A DNA stretch of 64,000 nucleotides from a virus. The DNA lies in IMG/VR virus record IMGVR_UViG_3300023296_001253; one strand, 5' to 3'. The notes under the pieces were generated by a model. That model was not told the DNA's origin and did no database searches. It saw nothing but the letters and a program-made list of their open reading frames with translations. Each line of letters starts with the position of its first letter. Position 1 is the first letter of the stretch. Of this stretch, positions 45,879 to 55,700 are shown piece after piece. The position numbers and the translations under genes are program-made.

Positions 45879-48800
45879 ATGCCTTTAGAAACAGACCTAA
45901 GCGTCTCACCTTATTTTGAAAATAGTGATCCGGCTAAAAATTACCAGAGAGTGTTGTTTAAGCCAGCGATCGCCGTTCAAACTAGAGAATTAAATGAATT
46001 ACAACAGATACTTCAAAGACAAGTAGAAATATTCGGAAATAATATTTTTAAGCGCGGAACCATTCTCGACGGCTGCAACTTTACTTTTTATGATAAATAT
46101 CCTTATGCTAAAATTAAGGACGTGTTAATTAACGGAACTACTGCTGATCCTGGCGCGTATGTTGGTCATTTTGCTAAAAACGCAAATGGCCTTACAGCAT
46201 TCATTATTAATTCATCAACTGGGTTTGAAGCATCTGATCCAGACTTAAAATCTTTATATTTCAATTATATAAATAGTGGAAATTCTTTTAATGAAATATC
46301 TTTTCAAGCTGGCCAAGTATTAACAGTCTATGATAGCAATAATTCTATTTGGGATGTAACAATTGCTGTAACTGGTTCTGGATATTCTAATACAGATAGT
46401 ATTATTTTTACACCAGTTCTTTTTGCTAATGTTACTTCTGGATCATTGAATGTTGGTGATCAAATTACAGATCCTATATCAGGCGCAAACGGAACTATCA
46501 CAACTCTTACAGAAGTTTCTGATAGATTACCAGTCGTTAAGCTTTCTGGTACTGTTTCTGTCACCACAAATGATGTTAATCTTACTGGAACTAGCACTGT
46601 ATTTTCTACAGATTTTGCTAATGGCGATTATATAGCTCTTTATTCTAATTCAACGAGTTATGATTTACACAAGATCAATATTGTGTCTACTAACACAGCA
46701 ATGAATCTAGTTAGTAATGCAGTTTTTACTGATGCTACAGCTAGTTATGCTAACACTACAAGTTCAGAAGTTTTAATTCAGTATAGCCCAATAAATAGCG
46801 ATTTGTCTTCGACGACATCGACTGCTAATAATTGGATGTTTGTTTCTGGAAATAATATTCAGGGAGCATCTTCAAGCGATTTGGCAACTGTTCTTGGTAT
46901 TATAGGATTTAACGCAGATGCGGAAATTTTAACAAATTCTACTGGTCAAATTACTAATACTTTAATTAATAATAAAGGAGTGAGTTATTACAGAACACCG
47001 TTTGCTTCTATAAAAAGTACAACGGGTTCTGGCGGTGAGATTACAGCTCAAAATTATGTAGCTAAACCAACTGTTGCATCTGTTACTAATGCTGTTGGAT
47101 CTGGTTATGCTTTTGGAATAACACAAGGTCATATCTTTCATAAAGGTCATTTTATCGAAGTGCAGCCGCAGACTATAATTGTTGATAATTATTCTAGATT
47201 TCCAAACAATGTAGCAGTAGCTTTTGAAACAACAGAAGAAATCATAAATTCTAATCAAGATACTAGTTTAACAGATAATGCTCTTGGAGAACCAAATCTT
47301 AATGCTCCAGGAGCTGATAGACTTAAACTTACAGCAAATCTTTCTATTTTTGAAATTAATAATACTACAATTGATGGTAGCGTTTTCACTCTAGTAGAAT
47401 TTTCAAATGGTGTTCCATATAAACAAAATCAAAAAACTTCTTTCAATTCTATAACAGATGAGATGGCTACAAGAACAAATGAAACAGATGGAAGTTATGT
47501 TATTGATGAATTTTTAACATCTACAACTTCTCCTGGTAACAATAGTTTTGAAGGTAACACTATCAATATCGTAGTTGATCCAGGCACAGCATATGTCGAA
47601 GGATATAGACTACAAACGCTGGGTAATTTTGTTTATAGTGTAGATAAAGGAATTGGATCAAAAACATTTGAAAACAGCAAAATAAGTCTAAACTATGAAA
47701 ACTATATTAGACTAAATGAAGTAGGCGGGTTCTTTGAATTTGATCAGGCTAATGAAATATCTTTATATGATACTGCTAAGAACTTTTTAACAGAATCCGA
47801 TTCTATCAATCTTGGAAATACTAATCCGACAGGAACTCAAATAGGAACTGCTAGAATTAGAAATTTTATGCATGAACAAGGGATTCCAGGAACATCAAAC
47901 GCTATCTACAGAGCATATGTTTTCGATATTAAAATGAATGCCGGAAAAAACTTTAGAGATATAAGATCAATATACTATAATGGAACAAGCCATGATGGTA
48001 TTGGAGATACTGTATTAGAATTAGATTCAACTACTAGCGCGAATGTCGCTACTTTATATGGTAATAATAATAAATTAGTATTTGCTACAAGTTATCAGTC
48101 TTTAAAAAATGCTAATAACATAACATATAATTATAGAACAACTAATGATACTCTTTCTATTAGTAATACTGGAACTGTTCAAATATCATTAATTCCTATT
48201 ACTAAAACTTTTCCATATACAGGAACTCTATCTGATGCCGAAAAAGCAGAGATTTATTTGGCGCCAGCAGCAAATCTAATTTCTTTTGATTCTGTTGGCA
48301 CTGTTAGTACTGATGGAACACCCACAGTAACAGGAGTTGGAACGACATTTATAACAGACTTAAGAGTCGGTGACTATCTACAACTAACTGATGGTGGAAG
48401 CCCAGAATTTCGTAGAGTTGAATCAATTGCAAATAATACAAGCCTAACAGTTGAAGCAAACGTTTCATTTACATCGGTTGCGAATGCTGCTTATAAAGCA
48501 TGGCCACAAAATGTTCCTATCCAATTAAGTTATGACACAGATTATATTGTAAGTGTAGATTCTGCTGCAGAAATTATGACTATTGATTTATTATCAAATG
48601 TAGCTAATGGTTTTAATACAGCAACAAATACAGATATTATTGTAGCATATAACGTAGAATCTGCAAATGCTCAATCTGCTACAAAAACAGTAAATAGAGA
48701 TATTTATGTAAAACTTAGATTGTCTGACGTGGGTGGAGGAACTTCTGGACCATGGTGCCTTGGAATACCAGATATATTTAGATTAAAAGAAGTCTATAGA

Positions 48801-50711
48801 GGCACTAGTTCTGGAGTCAGCATAACAGATACTAATATTACTGATAGTTTCTATATTGATCATAATCAAACACAAAATTATTATGATCTTGGCTATCTAT
48901 ATCAAAAGAATCCATCTGGAGTTAAATTAACTTTAGATGACTGGCTTCTTGTTAAACTCGACTGCTTTACAGCGTCTCCTGGTTTTTATAATATAACTTC
49001 TTATGTTAGTTCAAACACAATAACAAGAACAACTGAAGATTCTAAAGCTCTTAGCGCATTAACAACAGTTGTTAATACTCTTGAGATTCCAGAATTCTTT
49101 AGTGATAATGGAACTTATCACGATCTTATTAATGTGTTTGATTTTAGACCATATGTTGCGAATACAGCAAATGTTGCTACATTAGTAGCAGGCGCTTCTA
49201 TAAATCCGTCCAACACATTTACCTTCTCAGCAAGTGATAGATATTTCCCTGTTCCAGATTCTACTTTAACTTATAATGTAGAAACTTATTTGCCAAGAAC
49301 AGATAGAGTTATAGTATCAAAAGGAGGAAAGATTAGTGTTCTTCCTGGTTCATATCAAACACCAGGAGCACAAATACAGCCTACTGGAACGCTTTTAGTT
49401 AATGATGTTTATATTCCATCGTATCCAACGCTGCCATATAACATGTCTAAGCAAATTAAAGATATTGTTAATACTAGAACTAGCAACGAACAATTAGCTG
49501 TTTCTAGAATTAGAAAAAATACAGCAACGACTTTATTTTTACAAAGTGATTTTAATAAAAATCAACCTAGAAACTATACTCATTCTGATATTGGATCTAT
49601 TGATAGACGATTAAGAGACGTCGAATATTATGTTAGCCTTAATTTCATGCAAAATCAAGTAAAAGATCGAGTTATACCAAGTTCTATTTCTCCAAGCGTT
49701 AATAGATTCAAATATGGTTTTTTTGTTGATGAATATGAAACTGATTCGTTCACGGAATGGAGAAGTCCAGAATATAATGCTTCAGTTGAAGATAATTATG
49801 CTCAGCCGGCTTATTCTACTTTAAATATAGTTCATGCTAATAATGATCCATCTGCTGTTAATTATGATCAAATAGCTATTATTGATCAACCAATGGCAAC
49901 AGATGTAGAAGGCGATGAATGTGAATGCTCGGAACTCGATTCATCTGGTAATGCAGTGCCGGTTCAGCATTTTGTATATGCTACTCAATCTAATCTAAAA
50001 AGATATTCTGCAAATAGAAGATTCAATGAGCCAGTACAGACTATTACAATGGGAACTGTGTCATCTAATGCCACGCTATGGTGTCATTTTTACAGTGGCA
50101 AAGATCAAATTTATGTTTATCAAGGAGATACACTCATTGCATCAGGAACAGATGCAGTGGCTCTCACAGATGATGATATTACAGAACTTAGGAAAGATCC
50201 ATTCTTTACAGGAAGTTCTGGGTTTAGTAATAGATCAGGAAGTGCTAATTCTTCTAGTTTGACCGCATCATGGTTATCTCAACAGCTTGGTGGCAGTCAA
50301 AGATATAATGATTATTCTACAATCTTAACAAATAGATCAGGGTCAGCTGGTCAACTAGATGGATATCTAAGATATTCTGGAAAAATAACATGGGTTCATA
50401 ATCCAAGTCTAGGAAGAGAATACAGAATTGTAGTCAAGAAATCTTCTGTGATTTGGAGATATAGAATCGATTTCTATAATGAAACAAGCAGCACAGATGG
50501 TGATACGTGTACGTGCCCAACTACTCCAACACCATCACCAGTCATGTATAATGGAACTATGTCGATATCGCCATCATTCTCTTACACTATAACAAAAGAA
50601 GCTTGTACACCTAACGATCGCGATAAAGGTGATAGCGCGGCAAGTGGTGGTGGCATAGGCGGAGGCGGCGAAGCTGGAAATGGTGGAGCTGGTGGAACTG
50701 GCGCATGGTAA
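45879..50711 (+). CDS. large virion structural protein (DUF4815/VrlC-like)
   Basis: PYF, RVLFKP..AVQ.RELN.LQ, APGADR, PG.AYV.GY, RFK.GFFVD. Confidence 0.85.
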   Translation: MPLETDLSVSPYFENSDPAKNYQRVLFKPAIAVQTRELNELQQILQRQVEIFGNNIFKRGTILDGCNFTFYDKYPYAKIKDVLINGTTADPGAYVGHFAKNANGLTAFIINSSTGFEASDPDLKSLYFNYINSGNSFNEISFQAGQVLTVYDSNNSIWDVTIAVTGSGYSNTDSIIFTPVLFANVTSGSLNVGDQITDPISGANGTITTLTEVSDRLPVVKLSGTVSVTTNDVNLTGTSTVFSTDFANGDYIALYSNSTSYDLHKINIVSTNTAMNLVSNAVFTDATASYANTTSSEVLIQYSPINSDLSSTTSTANNWMFVSGNNIQGASSSDLATVLGIIGFNADAEILTNSTGQITNTLINNKGVSYYRTPFASIKSTTGSGGEITAQNYVAKPTVASVTNAVGSGYAFGITQGHIFHKGHFIEVQPQTIIVDNYSRFPNNVAVAFETTEEIINSNQDTSLTDNALGEPNLNAPGADRLKLTANLSIFEINNTTIDGSVFTLVEFSNGVPYKQNQKTSFNSITDEMATRTNETDGSYVIDEFLTSTTSPGNNSFEGNTINIVVDPGTAYVEGYRLQTLGNFVYSVDKGIGSKTFENSKISLNYENYIRLNEVGGFFEFDQANEISLYDTAKNFLTESDSINLGNTNPTGTQIGTARIRNFMHEQGIPGTSNAIYRAYVFDIKMNAGKNFRDIRSIYYNGTSHDGIGDTVLELDSTTSANVATLYGNNNKLVFATSYQSLKNANNITYNYRTTNDTLSISNTGTVQISLIPITKTFPYTGTLSDAEKAEIYLAPAANLISFDSVGTVSTDGTPTVTGVGTTFITDLRVGDYLQLTDGGSPEFRRVESIANNTSLTVEANVSFTSVANAAYKAWPQNVPIQLSYDTDYIVSVDSAAEIMTIDLLSNVANGFNTATNTDIIVAYNVESANAQSATKTVNRDIYVKLRLSDVGGGTSGPWCLGIPDIFRLKEVYRGTSSGVSITDTNITDSFYIDHNQTQNYYDLGYLYQKNPSGVKLTLDDWLLVKLDCFTASPGFYNITSYVSSNTITRTTEDSKALSALTTVVNTLEIPEFFSDNGTYHDLINVFDFRPYVANTANVATLVAGASINPSNTFTFSASDRYFPVPDSTLTYNVETYLPRTDRVIVSKGGKISVLPGSYQTPGAQIQPTGTLLVNDVYIPSYPTLPYNMSKQIKDIVNTRTSNEQLAVSRIRKNTATTLFLQSDFNKNQPRNYTHSDIGSIDRRLRDVEYYVSLNFMQNQVKDRVIPSSISPSVNRFKYGFFVDEYETDSFTEWRSPEYNASVEDNYAQPAYSTLNIVHANNDPSAVNYDQIAIIDQPMATDVEGDECECSELDSSGNAVPVQHFVYATQSNLKRYSANRRFNEPVQTITMGTVSSNATLWCHFYSGKDQIYVYQGDTLIASGTDAVALTDDDITELRKDPFFTGSSGFSNRSGSANSSSLTASWLSQQLGGSQRYNDYSTILTNRSGSAGQLDGYLRYSGKITWVHNPSLGREYRIVVKKSSVIWRYRIDFYNETSSTDGDTCTCPTTPTPSPVMYNGTMSISPSFSYTITKEACTPNDRDKGDSAASGGGIGGGGEAGNGGAGGTGAW

Positions 50712-50751
50712 AGATTTATAGAATAAATAGAATTAAACGGAGAGTATTTTA

Positions 50752-51231
50752 ATGTTTGGCCCACAAGTATTTAATATCAATATATCTGGATTAAAGCCAG
50801 ACACATTACATAAAGTTTATCTTTTAGATAAAGAAGTAACTGAAGATTGTGCTCCGCTTACTGGAACTAATGTTAATAGTTTGTTTGGGTATAATTTGTC
50901 ATCGCTATTATCTTTAACTTCTAATAAAGTTCAATCAATAAGAACTTCATACAACATTGGGTCAAATCTTATTAGTGGGATAAACGGAAAACTTGAATTT
51001 TATTATTTCTTTTCTCCTGAAAATAGTCCATATCAAATTGATGGGTATAGTGGTTCTGGAACTTCTAGTAAATATCCAAGAGCTATAATTCCAGAAAGCC
51101 CGCAAAAACTTACAGTAAAATCTTTAGATGGAAATTCGTTAGCCGAGGCTTCTATTGAAGTAAAAATTAAAACAAAAACAGTTCAAACCAATAGTTGTAA
51201 TCTTCCACGCAATGAAGATTATCATCACTAA
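50752..51231 (+). CDS. virion structural protein (VrlC middle-region-like)
   Basis: GLKP.T.H motif; synteny. Confidence 0.55.
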   Translation: MFGPQVFNINISGLKPDTLHKVYLLDKEVTEDCAPLTGTNVNSLFGYNLSSLLSLTSNKVQSIRTSYNIGSNLISGINGKLEFYYFFSPENSPYQIDGYSGSGTSSKYPRAIIPESPQKLTVKSLDGNSLAEASIEVKIKTKTVQTNSCNLPRNEDYHH

Positions 51232-51264
51232 TATGACATATATAAACAAACAGATGGAATTTTA

Positions 51265-54054
51265 ATGAGCACATCTTCTACGCCAATTATATTTAATAGA
51301 GCACAAACATTTTTTATAGATCCAGCAGTAGTTAATAATTCAGAAACTGTTGCTATTTCTGCTATAGACTTGTTTTTTAGAGCTAAGCCAAAAATCATTG
51401 ATAATAAATCTGGAATAGTAAGTCCAGGTGTAGAAGTATTTCTGTGCAAAACTAAAACCGATGGATCTCCAGACCCACAAACTAAATTCACTGGAGCATA
51501 TGCAAGAAATGAATTTGAACAAATAATAGCATCTGGAGACGCCTCATCATCTTCTAGATTTGAATTTGAATATCCAATTGCTATTAAAACATCATACAAA
51601 TATGCTATATGTATAAAATTTGATGGCGATGAAGATTTTGCTTTATGGACAAGCGTCGAAGGTAAGATTTTGGTAGGAACAAATGATAAATCAGCTGGCC
51701 CTGCTGGGCAGTATGTTGGTGAATACTTTGAAGCTGGAACAATTAATACGATTGGAATCAATTCTAATTCGACTCTCCAGCAAGCTACTTCGTTTGCCCC
51801 GACCAACAACTATACTCAGGTTAAATCTATAAAAAACACCGATCTGAAATTTAAGGTATATGCTGCGCAATATGAATTTGACACTTATTCTAATACTACA
51901 GTAACGACTACCGATGGAGCGACTTATACTCAAGTTGTAGGAAAAAGATCATTTCTTCTTCCTAAAAAAGATTATGAGTTTATAGCATTCAATCCACTAA
52001 CATCTAATAATGTTTTTGATGTAAGACCAGGAGAGCTAGTATATCAGAACAATGTTCTTATAGCTCAATCTGTAGTAGTATCAAATGGATCAGTTTTAGT
52101 TACTGGATCTAATGTTAACTTTACTAGTGTGTTTGATAACGATTCTGCAGAAGAACAATACATTGTAATACACAGTGGAGCACAAAAAAATGTGCGCAGA
52201 GTGATTGATATATCATCAAATACTTCTATTCAGGTTGATATACCTCTAACGTTCTCTAATGCTCAATCTAGATTTTCTAAAGTTTCGGCTGGGAGACTTT
52301 CTGTCCAAGCTGTGTCGAATATCTTTAAAAAGAGAGAAAGTTTTATTTTATTAGAACAATCAAACGCTAATTCTTCTCTTAGATTTACAAATAATGTTAT
52401 AGAAGATTCTACTATTAATGATGGTGGAACAGGATATAGCAACACCGATTATATTGTAGTAAATGGCGGCGGGCCTAACAATACTAGTGTTTCTGTGAAT
52501 GCTACTGCAAATGTAATAACAGATGCTAATGGAACTATATCTGATATAAATTTCAATAATAAAGGAATTGGATTTGTAGAAGAGCCAACATACATCATTT
52601 ATAATAGTATAGGTTCTAACTCGGCTGGCTCTTCGGCTAATATTGATTTTTCAGTTGGATGCACATTGATTACAGAATTTTCAAATGCTCAGTTTTCAAA
52701 TTGTCAGATCTTTAATTTACCTTTAAATAAAACAGAAGTAGCCGGCCTAGATGTAGAAAATCCTTCTGGAACATCATTCTTTTTGAAAAAGCACTATACA
52801 TATTATTCAACTGGATCTGGTGTTTTAGATGTAGCTATTTATGATGGCGGAACTAGTGGATATGTTAATAATGCTCTTGTCACATTTACTGGTGGGGGTG
52901 GAACTGGAGCGACTGCTAAATTATTAACAGATTCGTCTGGAATAATTGTTGATGTAATAATGACTGCAGAAGGCGATGGATATACAACAGCTCCTACTGT
53001 TTCAGCTCCTACTGGATCTGGTGCTAATTTAATTCCTGTTCTTGGAGTAGATAGATATACATCATCCCAGCACACAACTCCAGAACAATCGATTATAAAC
53101 TTAGATCAAAATAAAGAATTTGTAAACACAGCAAATACACCATTGATACTTTCAAGATCTAATGAAGTAACAAATCCAGAAGTTACTTTGACTCTAGATA
53201 CTGGTTTAATGGTTAATACAAATATTTCGTCCTTTGTAGAAATGGTTATAACGTCGAATAATATTTGGTCAACTGCAGATATTGAATCTGGTGAACTAGA
53301 CGTTTTCTATAGCAAATATGCCATTAACAATGATTATACAAATGAACATCTTGGAAATGGAAGAGCTATTTCTAAACACATTTCTCAGAAGATAACTTTT
53401 GCTGATGATAGATATGCCGAGGATATTAGAATATTCTTTGATGCATATAGGCCTCTTGGAACAGATTTAAAAATCTATTCTAAAATTTGGAATAACAAAG
53501 ATCCAGAGCCATTTGATGATAAGAACTGGACTCTTCTAGAATATAAAAATGATACTAATTTATCATATAGCGCTTTAGGACTGCTTCGGGATGAAGTTGA
53601 ATATGAGTGTGGGTTTTCAGCATATCCAAATTCTCAGTTTATTGGAACTGGCTCTATTACTACTACTGGAAGCAGCGCTACAATAACAGGTGTCGATACT
53701 ATATTTGAAACTGAATTTGCTAATAATGATTTGATTAAAATATATTCTCCACTGTTCCCCGAGAATTATATGGTATCATCTATTAATACTATTGCTTCTA
53801 ATACATCTCTTACTATTAACAATTTAGTAACTAATAACAATGTAGTTGGAGCCGGTCTTTTAATCGATAAATTAGAATTTGAAAAACAGGCTTTTAATAA
53901 TTCATTGAATGATAATGTCGTTAGATATTATGATTCTGGTCTTAGAGAATATGATGGATATAACGCACTCGCAGTTAAAATAGTGTTCTTATCTGATAGT
54001 GATAATATAATCCCAAGAGTTAATAATATCAGGGTAGTTGGTGTTAGTGCCTAA
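51265..54054 (+). CDS. virion structural protein (VrlC C-region-like)
   Basis: AQTFF, IDLFF..K, DLKF.VY.A, KHIS..I, KIV......PRV...R. Confidence 0.75.
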   Translation: MSTSSTPIIFNRAQTFFIDPAVVNNSETVAISAIDLFFRAKPKIIDNKSGIVSPGVEVFLCKTKTDGSPDPQTKFTGAYARNEFEQIIASGDASSSSRFEFEYPIAIKTSYKYAICIKFDGDEDFALWTSVEGKILVGTNDKSAGPAGQYVGEYFEAGTINTIGINSNSTLQQATSFAPTNNYTQVKSIKNTDLKFKVYAAQYEFDTYSNTTVTTTDGATYTQVVGKRSFLLPKKDYEFIAFNPLTSNNVFDVRPGELVYQNNVLIAQSVVVSNGSVLVTGSNVNFTSVFDNDSAEEQYIVIHSGAQKNVRRVIDISSNTSIQVDIPLTFSNAQSRFSKVSAGRLSVQAVSNIFKKRESFILLEQSNANSSLRFTNNVIEDSTINDGGTGYSNTDYIVVNGGGPNNTSVSVNATANVITDANGTISDINFNNKGIGFVEEPTYIIYNSIGSNSAGSSANIDFSVGCTLITEFSNAQFSNCQIFNLPLNKTEVAGLDVENPSGTSFFLKKHYTYYSTGSGVLDVAIYDGGTSGYVNNALVTFTGGGGTGATAKLLTDSSGIIVDVIMTAEGDGYTTAPTVSAPTGSGANLIPVLGVDRYTSSQHTTPEQSIINLDQNKEFVNTANTPLILSRSNEVTNPEVTLTLDTGLMVNTNISSFVEMVITSNNIWSTADIESGELDVFYSKYAINNDYTNEHLGNGRAISKHISQKITFADDRYAEDIRIFFDAYRPLGTDLKIYSKIWNNKDPEPFDDKNWTLLEYKNDTNLSYSALGLLRDEVEYECGFSAYPNSQFIGTGSITTTGSSATITGVDTIFETEFANNDLIKIYSPLFPENYMVSSINTIASNTSLTINNLVTNNNVVGAGLLIDKLEFEKQAFNNSLNDNVVRYYDSGLREYDGYNALAVKIVFLSDSDNIIPRVNNIRVVGVSA

Positions 54055-54263
54055 TGAATAATTTAGCTAAAATATCAAAAGGAAGCTCTTATTATATTAA
54101 TAAGAATACTTCTGTCGTTATAAATAAAAGTATTAGTGATCACCTAGATTACAAAATGAAAATTGATCAGGCAAAAGAAATTGATACTCTTAAAAATGAA
54201 GTTGGCTCTATTAAGAACGACCTAGCAGAAATTAAACAACTACTTCAAAAGGCATTAAGTTAA
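54054..54263 (+). CDS. conserved small coiled-coil protein
   Basis: VIN...Y...LK.EV..IK.LL; usual after VrlC-like genes. Confidence 0.65.
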   Translation: MNNLAKISKGSSYYINKNTSVVINKSISDHLDYKMKIDQAKEIDTLKNEVGSIKNDLAEIKQLLQKALS

Positions 54264-54266
54264 TAA

Positions 54267-55340
54267 ATGGCACGAACATATACACAAATTAATGCAAATA
54301 CTGATATTTGGCAAGTTTGGTTCGATAGAACTAATACTATGCTTGATGCTTTTTCTGAGACTGTTACACTTAAAGCAAATACAGCCGGCGATACATCATC
54401 TGGTAATGGTTTTGTAACAGGAATATTTGGAGCTACTACATTAGTTGGAACTACAATACGCGGTGGAAATGTTAATACGCCAGCGCACATAATTTTTTCA
54501 TCGAATGCTAATTTTACTGGATCTCAAATAAATTCTACTGCAAACGTTTTATCAATTTCAACCTCACAGGTTTTTCAAACAAATTCTTCAGTAACAGCAT
54601 TAAGTATTACATCAAATGGGAGTTCTACCAATACTAATATAGCGGGTGATAATTTTCGTATCACAGCCAATTCTATATTTAATGGGATTACAGCAACAAC
54701 CTTTGCTGCTAATGGAGTATCAACACTAAGTGCTAATTTATCTGTTACTGCAGAATCTCAGCTTTTCCAAACTAATTCATCAATTACAGCTATAAGCATT
54801 ACATCTAATGGAACTACAAGTAATACAGATATAGCAGGAGATAATTTAAACGTTACTGCTAATGCTGTTTTTTCAAAAATAGATATTGCAGGCCTTGCAA
54901 CTTTCACAAGCAATGCAGATTTTTCTGGTAATACTAATTTTACTGCTAATATAAGTGTAATAGCTAATCTACAGCAATTTAGCACTAATTCATCAATTAC
55001 AGCTATAAGCATTACATCTAATGGAACTACAAGTAATACAAATATAGCAGGAGATAATTTAAACGCTACTGCTAATATAAGTGTAATAGCTAATCTACAG
55101 CAATTTAGCACTAATTCATCAATTACAGCTATAAGCATTACATCTAATGGAACTACAAGTAATACAAATATAGCAGGAGATAATTTAAACGTTACTGCTA
55201 ATTCAAAATTTACTAAAGCTGTTACAGCAAACGCCGGACTTACTTTTGCTTCTGGAAATTCAATAACAAACTATACTGTGAGCACATCGGCGCCGTCTGG
55301 CGGTAATAATGGTGATGTTTGGGTTGTAGTAGTATCATAG
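54267..55340 (+). CDS. tail fibre-like protein with internal repeats
   Basis: W...TN N-terminus; four FxTNSS(I/V)TA repeats; ends APSGG.NGDVW. Confidence 0.7.
   Translation: MARTYTQINANTDIWQVWFDRTNTMLDAFSETVTLKANTAGDTSSGNGFVTGIFGATTLVGTTIRGGNVNTPAHIIFSSNANFTGSQINSTANVLSISTSQVFQTNSSVTALSITSNGSSTNTNIAGDNFRITANSIFNGITATTFAANGVSTLSANLSVTAESQLFQTNSSITAISITSNGTTSNTDIAGDNLNVTANAVFSKIDIAGLATFTSNADFSGNTNFTANISVIANLQQFSTNSSITAISITSNGTTSNTNIAGDNLNATANISVIANLQQFSTNSSITAISITSNGTTSNTNIAGDNLNVTANSKFTKAVTANAGLTFASGNSITNYTVSTSAPSGGNNGDVWVVVVS
54941..55192 (+). repeat. near-perfect 126-bp tandem duplication (42 aa)
   Basis: Copies start at 54941 and 55067. Confidence 0.9.
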
Positions 55341-55353
55341 GAGATAAATTATT

Positions 55354-55695
55354 ATGGTGACATATGCACAAATTATACATTATAAATGGCCAAAAAATAG
55401 TTGGAAAATTGATGAAGATGATTACTCTACTTTTTCATGGATGCCATCTAATATAGATTCAAAACCTACAGAAAAAGAAATTATAGAAGCTAAAGATGAA
55501 GCTGATATTTTTTATCAGTGGAAAGACGTTCGTAATGAAAGAGACAAGCTTCTTAGAAATTCTGATTGGACACAATTAGCAGATGCTCCAAAAAAGAATA
55601 AAGCTAAGTGGAAAAAATATAGACAAGACTTAAGAGAAGTTCCACAATTTTTTGAAGATCCAGATTTTGTTATCTGGCCAGATAAGCCAGAATAA
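55354..55695 (+). CDS. tail fibre assembly chaperone
   Basis: W..VR.ERD.LL..SDWTQLAD...W..YRQ.LR..P...WP.KP. Confidence 0.85.
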   Translation: MVTYAQIIHYKWPKNSWKIDEDDYSTFSWMPSNIDSKPTEKEIIEAKDEADIFYQWKDVRNERDKLLRNSDWTQLADAPKKNKAKWKKYRQDLREVPQFFEDPDFVIWPDKPE

Positions 55696-55700
55696 ATTTA

